This document shows positions 1-8,599 of a stretch of DNA of 64,000 bases, one piece after another. The position numbers and the translations under genes were made by a program. This DNA is from an uncultured cyanobacterium (GTDB lineage: Bacteria; Cyanobacteriota; Cyanobacteriia; PCC-6307; Cyanobiaceae). A model generated the notes under the pieces. It was given only the letters and a program-made list of their open reading frames with translations. It was not told the DNA's origin and ran no database searches. The first letter of the stretch is position 1; each line of letters opens with the position of its first letter. The stretch lies in NCBI GenBank assembly GCA_963697335.1, contig CAVONQ010000018.1, forward strand, positions 288,001 to 352,000, given 5' to 3'.

Positions 1-258
1 GATGCCCACGTCCTCATTGGTGTGGTGATCATCGATGTGGGTGTCGCCGTCGGCGCTGATCTCCAGATCCAGCAGGCCATGGCTGGCCAGCTGGTGGAGC
101 ATGTGGTCGAGGAAGGGCACGCCGGTGCTCACCTGGCAGAGGCCGCTGCCATCGAGGCCCAGCCGCACGCGCACGTCGGTTTCGCCGGTGAGCCGGTGCA
201 CCGTGCCGCTGCGGCCGCCGCCGGGGCCATCGTGGTTGAGGTCCGGAAGGGAGGACAC
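1..258 (-). CDS. hisB: Imidazoleglycerol-phosphate dehydratase (5' part; runs off the window edge)
   Basis: Not in the ORF track. Manual minus-strand translation from GTG at 258 gives ...[24 protein letters not shown]...[43 protein letters not shown], the IGPD signature. Confidence 0.95.
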   Translation of the reverse strand, partial: MSSLPDLNHDGPGGGRSGTVHRLTGETDVRVRLGLDGSGLCQVSTGVPFLDHMLHQLASHGLLDLEISADGDTHIDDHHTNEDVGI

Positions 259-344
259 GGGCCAAAGGGGCGGGACTGTACCAATCATGCCGAAGTCGAT
301 GACCGGTATCCGTCCACAATCACGCCCACCGCCCCAGCCGCCCC

Positions 345-965
345 TTGACCAACTCTCCCCAGGTGGTGCTCGCCGAGCTGCGCGCGGGCCATCGGCGCTT
401 CCTGGATGGTGAATCGCTCCATCCCCACAGCAGCCGCGAGCGCATGCTCGAGGTGGAATCGGGTCAGCACCCCACCGCGGCCGTGCTGGGCTGCGCCGAC
501 TCGCGGGTGCCCGTGGAGCTGCTGTTCGACACGGGATTCGGCGACCTGTTCGTGGTGCGCAACGCCGGCACCCTCTCCACCACCGCCGCCATCGCCTCGC
601 TGGAGTACGCCGTGGCCCATCTGGGCGTGCCGGTGATCGTGGTGCTGGGCCATGAACGCTGCGGCGCCGTGGAGGCGGCCCTGAACCCGGCGCTCACGCT
701 CACACCGAGCCTGGCCCAGCTGGTGGGCCAGCTGCGCATGGAGCTGATCAACCTCGGCGGCCACCACGACCTGGATCAGGCCTCCCGCCACCACACCCTC
801 AACGCCGCCCGCAACCTGGTGGATTCCAGCGTGCTGCTCACCGACCTGTTGCGCTCCGGCCGCCTCAGCGTGGAAGCGGCCTTCTACAACCTGCACACCA
901 CCACGATCGACTGGATGGGGGCGGTGATGCCGATGCGCACGGAGCAGTTCCTCAGCACCCCCTGA
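345..965 (+). CDS. Beta-class carbonic anhydrase
   Basis: [24 protein letters not shown] and [10 protein letters not shown] carry the Cys/Asp/Arg/His/Cys zinc-site motifs of beta-CA. Confidence 0.92.
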   Translation: MTNSPQVVLAELRAGHRRFLDGESLHPHSSRERMLEVESGQHPTAAVLGCADSRVPVELLFDTGFGDLFVVRNAGTLSTTAAIASLEYAVAHLGVPVIVVLGHERCGAVEAALNPALTLTPSLAQLVGQLRMELINLGGHHDLDQASRHHTLNAARNLVDSSVLLTDLLRSGRLSVEAAFYNLHTTTIDWMGAVMPMRTEQFLSTP

Positions 966-977
966 AGGGGCAGGTGA

Positions 978-1760
978 TCACATGCCGGTGATGCAGTAGC
1001 CGGCGTCCACGTAGATCACCTGGCCGGTGATGCCCGAGGCCAGGGGGCTGGCCAGGAAGGCCGCGGTGGCGCCCACCTCGTCCTGGGTGACGGTGCGCTT
1101 GAGCGGGGCCTTCTCCTCCACGTTGTGGATCATGTCGAGGATGCCGCCGATGGCGGAGCTGGCCAGGGTGCGGATCGGCCCGGCGCTGATGGCATTGACC
1201 CGTACCTGCTGCTCTGGCCCCAACTCGGCAGCCAGATAGCGCACCGAGGCCTCCAGGGCCGCCTTGGCCACGCCCATCACGTTGTAGTTGGGGATGGCGC
1301 GCTCGGCGCCCAGGTAGCTGAGGGTGATCACGCTGGCCCCCTTGCTGAACAGGGGCTTGGCGTGGCGGCAGAGGGGGGCCAGGGAGTAGGCGCTCACCTC
1401 CAGGGCCCGGGCGAAGCCCTCGGGGCTGATGGCGGAGTAGTCGCCCACCAGCTCCTCCTTGCCGGCGAAGGCCAGGCAGTGCACCAGCACATCGATGCAG
1501 CCCCACTGGGCCCTCACCTGATCGAACACTGCTGCGATCTGGGCGGGGTCCTGCACGTTGAGGGGCTCGAACAGGCTGGGGTTCAGCGGCGCGGTGAGTT
1601 CGCGCACCTTGGCCTCGAAGCGGCCCTTCTCATCCGGCAGGTAGGTGACCCCCAGCTCGCAGCCGGCGGCGGCGAGCTGCTGGGCGATGCCCCAGGCGAT
1701 CGAGCGGTTGTTGGCGATGCCGGTGACCAGGGCCTTCTTGCCGCGCAGATCGAGGAGCAT
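978..1760 (-). CDS. fabI: Enoyl-ACP reductase
   Basis: MLLDLRGKKALVTGIANNRSIAWGIA, YNVMGVAKAALE, VNAISAGPIRTLA. Start placed at ATG 1760, not the ORF-track 2015. Confidence 0.96.
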   Translation of the reverse strand: MLLDLRGKKALVTGIANNRSIAWGIAQQLAAAGCELGVTYLPDEKGRFEAKVRELTAPLNPSLFEPLNVQDPAQIAAVFDQVRAQWGCIDVLVHCLAFAGKEELVGDYSAISPEGFARALEVSAYSLAPLCRHAKPLFSKGASVITLSYLGAERAIPNYNVMGVAKAALEASVRYLAAELGPEQQVRVNAISAGPIRTLASSAIGGILDMIHNVEEKAPLKRTVTQDEVGATAAFLASPLASGITGQVIYVDAGYCITGM

Positions 1761-2079
1761 GGGGGGAGCCGCAGTGGCACAGGGTGGGCGTGTCATCCTC
1801 CCGCAGCACCTTGCCTGACGACGAGGCGGCTCAGCGAGGCATGGATTGCTTCCCTCCGTAGCCAGGCTCTGAGCGTCAAGCTCCAGGGGCGCTCCGCAAT
1901 CTTCAAGCTGGTCCATCAGCCACCTCATCGCGGCGATGGGTTGAAGGGCCTCAGCACCCGCCTCCACCAAGAGCGCCAATGCTGCCAATTGAGAGTTTCC
2001 GGTGCTCGCAATCATCTGCTGACAGGATGATCGTGTTCTCGTGTAGATAGCCCGTCTGCCATGCGATTTCGATGCAGCG

Positions 2080-3489
2080 TCACAACGCTTTCAGCACTCT
2101 CTTGGCAAAGGTATTGGGATTAAATCCTTTGCCGGGTGTCTGGCCCAGCCGCACGATCACCACGTTGCGGGATGGAATGATCATCACCAGCTGCCCCGCG
2201 AAGCCCCTTGCATAGAACGTGTCGCGGGGGAGATCAGGGAAACGGCCACCTTGATTCAGCCACCAGTGAGCACCGTAGTTTCCCTCGGAGCCGGGGGTGG
2301 GTGTGATCGCATGCTTGACCCAGCCGTGGGGGAGAAGACGCCGATTGCCCCACACGCCATCGTGGAGATAAAGCAACCCGAAACGAGCCCAGTCTCGGGT
2401 CGTGGCGTAGGCAAGTGAGGAGCCCACAAACGTACCGGAAGGATCGGTTTCGAACACTGCGCTGCCCATCCCCAGGGGCTGGAACAGTTGCTCATAGGGA
2501 AAGCGCCAGTAGGCGGCGTCATCCGACATGGCAAGTCGCAGCCCCCTGGTGATGAGATTGCTGTCGCCGGAGGAGTAGTGCCACAGGGTGCCGGGTTTCG
2601 CCTCCAGCGGCTTCCCCGCTGCGTAGGCAGCGGCATCATCGCTGTGCAGGAGCATCTTCACAACATCCGTCTCGAAGTCGCCGTAGACCTCGGTAAAGGC
2701 GAGACCGCTGCTCATGCGCAGCAGCTGGTCGAGGGTGATCGCCCGCCGAGGATCCCCAGGCAAGTGCCACTCGGGAACCTGAACAGGCTTGTCCAGCTGC
2801 AGCAGATTCTCTTTCACGGCGATTCCGACCAAGGCGTGGGTCAGGGCCTTGGTCACGGACCAGCCGATCAGTGGTGTCGCGGGACTGACGCCGCGGGCAT
2901 AGCGCTCCGCCACCACCCATCCGTTTCGTACCACCACGACAGCTCGGGTGCGGCGTGGGTTCTGGGGATCGGGCTCCCTGAAGGCGTCATCCAATGCTTC
3001 CTGCAGCTGCTGTTCGTCTAGAACTCCAGGAGATGCGTCTGGCGCGAGGGGGGCCAGGCGCCAGGGCATGGACGTGCTGGGCGGGTCTGAGCTGACTGGC
3101 CTGGGTTGCTCCGGTAGGGCAACGGGAGGAAAGTCCTGGTGGTAGAGCGAACACCCCAGGTTCGATTGCCGCGTCGCCCGGGCTGAGACCAGTCCCCAAA
3201 GGGCATCGGTGACCACCTCTCCCCGATCATGAATGAGCTTGGCGTTCACCAGACCACGGGCTCGTGCGAGTTCTTCCCCCCAGAGCTGCGCAGCGTCCAT
3301 CTCTGCCATCAGGACCCCGCTGCAGAGGGTCTTGGCGACGTAGGCCGAGCCGGCCTGGGCCAAAACGAGCCGGACGCGGATCTAGTCATAGAGCGTCGCT
3401 GCGGCCGTTCCTGTCAGTCCGAGCAGCACCATCGAGGCCAAGACCATGCATCGCCGCGTCCGAAGCCAGTTCCCACGGCGATCATGCAT
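2080..3489 (-). pseudogene. Serine hydrolase (beta-lactamase class C / AmpC-like) with an in-frame TAG at 3382-3384 after the signal peptide
   Basis: Motifs GWSVTK (SxxK), ITLDQLLRMSSGL, WHYSSGDS, ARGFAGQ. An upstream in-frame ATG at 3489 encodes MHDRRGNWLRTRRCMVLASMVLLGLTGTAAATLYD*IRVRLVLAQAGSAYVAK. Confidence 0.75.
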
Positions 3490-3813
3490 ACTCCGCCCCA
3501 TTCATTGAATTGTCAGTTGAAAGCTAATTCTGAGGCAAAGATAGTAGCCCCAGCACACACTCATTGCGCGGCTAGATCGTGAGGGTTTGGGGTGGATTCT
3601 TGCCCCTGCTGCTGTTTGTGCTATGCAAGCTCTTGTTCCTCTCTATGTTGTCAAGAACAGTATGAGCGGGGTCAGTCCATGATCACAGAACAGAGGGGAG
3701 GCCTCCCCCAGCCACGCATTCCAAGCCATGGCTCCCAGGGCTGGTAACCTCTGTTCAGGCATAATCCTCTTGGTTTTCACGAATTGTTCCTTTGAAGCCT
3801 CTGACCCGGCCTC

Positions 3814-4527
3814 ATGGCTCAAGCAACTGATCTGGCACTCCTCAAGCCCATCCCGTGGCTCCCGGGATATTCCCTTTCGGAACTCCTGACTGCTGCGGAT
3901 GGCTGCCATCAAGATGATCAGCCCCTGCTCCTGGCAGTGAATCGTGGTGATGGCATCAGCGCTCCCGTTCTGACTGGTTTGGCCCGTACTCTGTCGGCAG
4001 AAGAGCAGTGCCGCCTTGGCGGCTATCGCCGCAAGGAGGATCAGGAGCGCTTTCTGCTGGGCCGAGTAATGCTGCGCCAGATGTTGGCTCTCTGGATGGA
4101 TCAGCAGCCCCAGCATGTGGCCATCGCCCTGGGTCCACAAGGCAAGCCCTATTGCCGCGGGGGGCCGCAGTTCAACGTCAGCCATTCCGGGGATCTGATT
4201 CTCCTGGCCCTCCACCGCTGCCGGCCTTTGGGGGTGGATGTGGAGCAGGAGCGGCCGGCGCTCAACTGGCAACCCATTGCGCGCCGACTGTTGTCGAGCC
4301 AGCAGGTTGACGCCCTCCTGCAGCGCCCTGTTGCAGACCAGGCCATGGCGTTTCTGCAGGCCTGGTGTCATCTGGAAGCCGAACTGAAGGCCGCTGGTTG
4401 GGGCCTGGCCGCGCCACCTGTGGGCGGATCGGGCGGCCTGATGTGCCACTGGCGGCTCTCCCTCAGCAGGGGTTACGTGGGTGCCCTGGCTGCCGGTCCA
4501 GCCTCAGATTCCTCGCTGAACGGCTGA
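3814..4527 (+). CDS. 4'-phosphopantetheinyl transferase, Sfp type
   Basis: GPQGKP, FNVSHSGD, LGVDVE and W-x3-EA-x2-KA-x-G-x-G motifs. Confidence 0.88.
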   Translation: MAQATDLALLKPIPWLPGYSLSELLTAADGCHQDDQPLLLAVNRGDGISAPVLTGLARTLSAEEQCRLGGYRRKEDQERFLLGRVMLRQMLALWMDQQPQHVAIALGPQGKPYCRGGPQFNVSHSGDLILLALHRCRPLGVDVEQERPALNWQPIARRLLSSQQVDALLQRPVADQAMAFLQAWCHLEAELKAAGWGLAAPPVGGSGGLMCHWRLSLSRGYVGALAAGPASDSSLNG

Positions 4528-4597
4528 GGCCGATGCGCTGCAATGGCCTGAGGCTTCGTCGTTGGGCGAGCCGCCCCCCAGGCCCTGCTGTCACCCG

Positions 4598-5950
4598 ATG
4601 CCACCCGCCGATGCTGCGGCTGATCTGCCCAGCACCTTCCTGGATCGGAAGGACCTCGCGCACACCATCGCCGAACTATTCCCCACGGCCTGTGGAGGGT
4701 TGAGCCCGATCCGCGGTGGCGGCGTGGCTGCCTTGGCCCAGCTCGCCCAGCTGGATCCGATCGCCTATGGCCGCAGCCGCAACCACCTCGACGGTGCCGT
4801 GAGCGGCCTCTCGCCCTACATCCGCCACGGCGTACTCAGCCTGGCTGAGGTGCGCGACGCGGTGTTCCGCTGGCTGGAGCAGCGGGGCTACGGACGCAGC
4901 GGACAGCGGGCTGAGGGCCGGCAGCTTGCCGGCAAGTTGATCAATGAGCTCGGCTGGCGCGACTATTGGCAGCGGCTCTGGCAACAGAGGGGCGACGGGA
5001 TCTGGAACGACCAGGAGCCCCTCAAGACGGGTCATCCCCCCAGCCGCTATGCGGCTGGGCTTCCGGCTGACATTGCGGCGGGCCAAACCGGTCTGGCTTG
5101 CATGGACGCCTTCGCTGGGGAGCTGCTGGGGCGCGGCTGGCTGCACAACCACGCTCGGATGTGGCTGGCCAGCTATGTGGTGCACTGGCGCCAGGTGCAG
5201 TGGCAGGCAGGCGCCCGCTGGTTTCTGGAGCACCTGCTGGATGGAGATCCGGGCAGCAACAACCTCAGTTGGCAGTGGGTGGCCAGCAGCTTCAGCCAGA
5301 AGCCCTACCTCTTCAACCGCGCCAACCTGGAACGCTTCGCGGGGGATCGCCACTGTCGCGGCTGCCAGCTGGCTGGGGGCGGCTGTCCTTTTGAGGCCAG
5401 CTACGAAACCCTCCAGCAACGGCTGTTCGCCCCCTCGCCGGAAGGTCTGGACCAAAGCCTCCCAGCACCGGTGCAGCGACTCGCGGCTCCCGCTCCGCCT
5501 CCGAGGTCGGGCCCACCGCTGGCCCGCCCGTTGGTGTGGGTGCACGGTGAGGCGCTGGGGCCTGCCAACCCTGCCCTGCGCGCCTGGCCCGGGGCGCCTG
5601 CGCTGTTCGTGTTCGACACCTCCCTGATCGCGGCCTCTGGCCTCAGCCGCCAACGGCTGGGCTTCCTCTACGAGTGCGCCCTGGAGCTGCCGGTGAGCCT
5701 CAGGCAGGGGGATGTGGCCGAGCAGGTGCTCGCCTTCGCCGCCCGTCATGGGGCTGATGGCGTGGTGACCTCCGCGGCAGTGGATCCTCGCTTCGAGCTG
5801 ATCTGTCGCCGGATTGCGGCGGCAGTGCCCGTGCAGGTGCTGGAGCCCGAACCCTTTGTGCGGCTGGAGTCGCCCCCCGATCTGCGCCGTTTTTCGCGCT
5901 ACTGGCGCCAGGCCGAGCCCGAGGTGTGGCGCAGCTTTCTCACGGGCTGA
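4598..5950 (+). CDS. Photolyase/cryptochrome-family protein with inverted domain order (FAD domain N-terminal, alpha/beta domain C-terminal)
   Basis: FAD-domain motifs YGRSRNHLDGAVSGLSPYIRHG, ELGWRDYW, GWLHNHARMW, LLDGDPGSNNLSWQW, followed by LVWVHGEALGP..PALFVFD..RLGFLYEC, which resembles the usual N-terminal photolyase domain. Confidence 0.85.
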   Translation: MPPADAAADLPSTFLDRKDLAHTIAELFPTACGGLSPIRGGGVAALAQLAQLDPIAYGRSRNHLDGAVSGLSPYIRHGVLSLAEVRDAVFRWLEQRGYGRSGQRAEGRQLAGKLINELGWRDYWQRLWQQRGDGIWNDQEPLKTGHPPSRYAAGLPADIAAGQTGLACMDAFAGELLGRGWLHNHARMWLASYVVHWRQVQWQAGARWFLEHLLDGDPGSNNLSWQWVASSFSQKPYLFNRANLERFAGDRHCRGCQLAGGGCPFEASYETLQQRLFAPSPEGLDQSLPAPVQRLAAPAPPPRSGPPLARPLVWVHGEALGPANPALRAWPGAPALFVFDTSLIAASGLSRQRLGFLYECALELPVSLRQGDVAEQVLAFAARHGADGVVTSAAVDPRFELICRRIAAAVPVQVLEPEPFVRLESPPDLRRFSRYWRQAEPEVWRSFLTG

Positions 5951-5955
5951 TGAGC

Positions 5956-6504
5956 TCAATCCCTGGGTTGTGTGGCGTCCCTGAGGAAGGTCTCCTCCCG
6001 CTCCAGCACGGCGGCGGGATCGCTGAGCAGATCCGGCTCCTCCAGCAGCGGGAAGGCCTCCACCTTCACCTGCTCGGGCGTCAGGGGCGGCTCCAGCCAG
6101 CGGAAGCTGCGCTTGGGGTCGGCCTGTTGACAGAGGGCCTCGCTCTGCTGGCGCAGGGCCCGGCGCACGTCCCGCCGCGCCACGGCCTCGAAGAACTCCT
6201 GGCGGCTGGCCAGCCCCGAGCTGAACGGCGCCGTGCCGTTGCCGTTGAACAGCCGCGCCGGGTCGGGCGTCCAGCGCGGCTGGCAGATGTCGCTCTCGCG
6301 CGTGTCGGTGGCGATCCAGATGTGCAGGCCGTAGCCATCGGGCTGGCTCACCACCGCCAGGCCGTCGTGGGGCACGCTGCGCTGCAGGGGAAAGATCGCC
6401 CAGCTGGCCTGGCGGTGGGCCGGCACGCAGCCGGCGCTGAGCAACAACCCCGCCAGGGCCGCGGCGGCCTGCAGGGGAGGGTTCTTTAGCGTGGGGGCAG
6501 GCAT
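5956..6504 (-). CDS. Conserved hypothetical lipoprotein
   Basis: MPAPTLKNPPLQAAAALAGLLLSAGC has a lipobox-like LSAG-C. Body PHDGLAVVSQPDGYGLHIW..PARLFNGNGTAPFSSGLA. Start trimmed to ATG 6504. Confidence 0.7.
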   Translation of the reverse strand: MPAPTLKNPPLQAAAALAGLLLSAGCVPAHRQASWAIFPLQRSVPHDGLAVVSQPDGYGLHIWIATDTRESDICQPRWTPDPARLFNGNGTAPFSSGLASRQEFFEAVARRDVRRALRQQSEALCQQADPKRSFRWLEPPLTPEQVKVEAFPLLEEPDLLSDPAAVLEREETFLRDATQPRD

Positions 6505-6522
6505 CGATGAGGGAACTGGCCC

Positions 6523-7143
6523 ATGGCGCTGACGCCCTCCACCATGCTGCCGTTGGGCACGCCCCTGCCGTTCGGAGTGATCAGGGCCCAGCTGGCCTCT
6601 GGTTCCGCCCAGCAGGTCAGTGGCGAGCCGCTCGACCTCGATCGCCTGGGCCCGCTGCCCCTGCTGGTGCTGTTTCTCTGCGCCCACTGCCCCTTCGTGA
6701 AGCATGTGGAGCAGGAGATCAGCCGCCTGCAGGCCGATGTCGCCGGCCCGCCGCCGCGGCTGCAGATCCTGGCGATCTCGAGCAACAGCGTGCAGACCCA
6801 CCCCCAGGACGGAGCCGAGGGTCTCAGGGCCCAGGCGGCTCGCCACGGCTGGACCTTCCCCTACCTGCTGGATGGCCACCAGGAGATCGCCCGGGCCTTC
6901 CGGGCCGCCTGCACCCCCGATCCCTACCTCTTCGCCCCGGCAGTCGACGGCGCTCTGCAGCTGGTGTATCGCGGCCAGCTCGATGACAGCCGCCCCGGCC
7001 AGGGCCGGGCCGCCGACGGCAAGGATCTGCGCGCTGCCCTCGCCGCCCTTGAGGCGGGAGGTACTCCGGCAGGAGAGCAGCGCCCGGCCATCGGCTGCAA
7101 CATCAAGTGGGATCCAGGTTCAGAACCGGAATGGGCCCGCTGA
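6523..7143 (+). CDS. Thioredoxin-fold / AhpC-TSA family protein
   Basis: MALTPSTMLPLGT, FLCAHCPFV (CxxC), AISSN, AACTPD, YRGQLDDSRP, IGCNIKW. Confidence 0.9.
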   Translation: MALTPSTMLPLGTPLPFGVIRAQLASGSAQQVSGEPLDLDRLGPLPLLVLFLCAHCPFVKHVEQEISRLQADVAGPPPRLQILAISSNSVQTHPQDGAEGLRAQAARHGWTFPYLLDGHQEIARAFRAACTPDPYLFAPAVDGALQLVYRGQLDDSRPGQGRAADGKDLRAALAALEAGGTPAGEQRPAIGCNIKWDPGSEPEWAR

Positions 7144-7164
7144 TCCCTGCCGCTCATTGCCTTT

Positions 7165-8430
7165 ATGGTGAGCCGCATGCAAGTGCCACCCTTCAGCCTC
7201 GGTGAGCAGATCCAGGAGCTGGGTGGCGCACTGGATGAGGCCGTGTTGACCGTGCTGCGTAGCGGCCAGTACATCGGCGGCCCCACGATCGCCGCCTTTG
7301 AGGCCGCCTTCGCCGAGGCCTGCGGTGTGCCCCACGCGGTGGGCTGCAACAGCGGCACCGACTCCCTGGTGCTCGCCCTGCGCAGCCTGGGGATCGGCCC
7401 CGGCGATGAGGTGATCACCTCCTCCTTCAGTTTCTTCGCCACCGCCGAGGCGATCAGCGCCGTGGGGGCCACGCCGGTGTTCGTGGACGTGGACCCCGCC
7501 ACCTACCTGATCAATCTGGATCTGGTCGAGGCGGCGATCACCCCGGCCACCCGGGCCTTGCTGCCCGTGCATCTGTTCGGCCGGCCGGTGGACATGGAGC
7601 GCATTGGTGCCATCGCCGCGCGCCATGGCCTCAAGGTGGTGGAAGACTGCGCCCAGGCCACCGGCGCCCGCTGGGCCGGCCGGCCGGTGGGCAGCTGGGG
7701 CGATGCCGGCTGCTTCAGCTTCTTCCCCACCAAGAATCTCGGTGCCGCCGGCGATGGCGGCGCCGTGGTGTGCAGCGATGCCGTGCTGGCCCAGCGGGTG
7801 CGGGAGCTGGCGGTGCACGGCATGCCGCGCCGCTACCTGCACACCGATCTCGGCTACAACAGCCGCCTCGACGCGCTACAGGCGGCGGTGCTGGCGGTGA
7901 AGCTGCCGCACCTGCCCCGCTGGCTCGAGTCCCGCCGGGCGATCGCCGCCCGCTACCACAGCCAGCTGGCGGGGCTGCCCGGGGTCGCCCTGCCGGCGGC
8001 CGGGCCGGAGGGCCACAGCTGGAACCAGTTCGTGCTGCGGGTGCCGGCCTGCCCGATCGGCGCTGCGGCCTGCGGCGCCGGGGGGGAAGCGCCCTGTGGT
8101 CCCGCCGCAGACATGGATGCCTTTGGCCTGCCGCAGGGCTGCTGCCGCGACTGGCTCAAGCAGCAGCTGCAGGAGGCGGGCGTGAGCACGATCATCTACT
8201 ACCCGATCCCCATTCACCGCCAGCCGGCCTATGCCGCCCTGGGCTACGGGCCCGGCAGCCTGCCCGTCACCGAGCGGCTCTGTGCCGAGGTGCTGAGCCT
8301 GCCAATCTTCCCGGAGCTCTCCCTGGCCCAGCAGCAGCGGGTGGTGGAGGCCCTGGGCCAGTTGCTGGCACGGCCCGGCGACGTTCCGGCCCCCAGCAGC
8401 CTGCCGGATCGGGCCAGCTGCGCGGTCTGA
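7165..8430 (+). CDS. DegT/DnrJ/EryC1/StrS PLP-dependent sugar aminotransferase
   Basis: NSGTDSL, VEDCAQA, FSFFPTKNLG (PLP lysine), GYNSRLD, LSLPIFP. Confidence 0.93.
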   Translation: MVSRMQVPPFSLGEQIQELGGALDEAVLTVLRSGQYIGGPTIAAFEAAFAEACGVPHAVGCNSGTDSLVLALRSLGIGPGDEVITSSFSFFATAEAISAVGATPVFVDVDPATYLINLDLVEAAITPATRALLPVHLFGRPVDMERIGAIAARHGLKVVEDCAQATGARWAGRPVGSWGDAGCFSFFPTKNLGAAGDGGAVVCSDAVLAQRVRELAVHGMPRRYLHTDLGYNSRLDALQAAVLAVKLPHLPRWLESRRAIAARYHSQLAGLPGVALPAAGPEGHSWNQFVLRVPACPIGAAACGAGGEAPCGPAADMDAFGLPQGCCRDWLKQQLQEAGVSTIIYYPIPIHRQPAYAALGYGPGSLPVTERLCAEVLSLPIFPELSLAQQQRVVEALGQLLARPGDVPAPSSLPDRASCAV

Positions 8431-8599
8431 ATCCTGACCTGCCTGTGCGGAGTGCATCGGTGAGCAAGCTGTGGCCCTGCACGTTCCCCAAGCCCTGCAG
8501 GGCTCGTGACGACACGGTGGCTCTTCTCTCTGAGGGAGCCTCGGCCAGCTGGAGGATTCAGTGGCTGACCTGGCTGAAAGGAGCGCCTATCGGCTGAGC

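Noticed and set aside
8431..8599. 170-bp gap between the convergent aminotransferase and phrA as a possible sRNA
   Set aside because: No convincing hairpin, terminator or promoter could be identified by eye.
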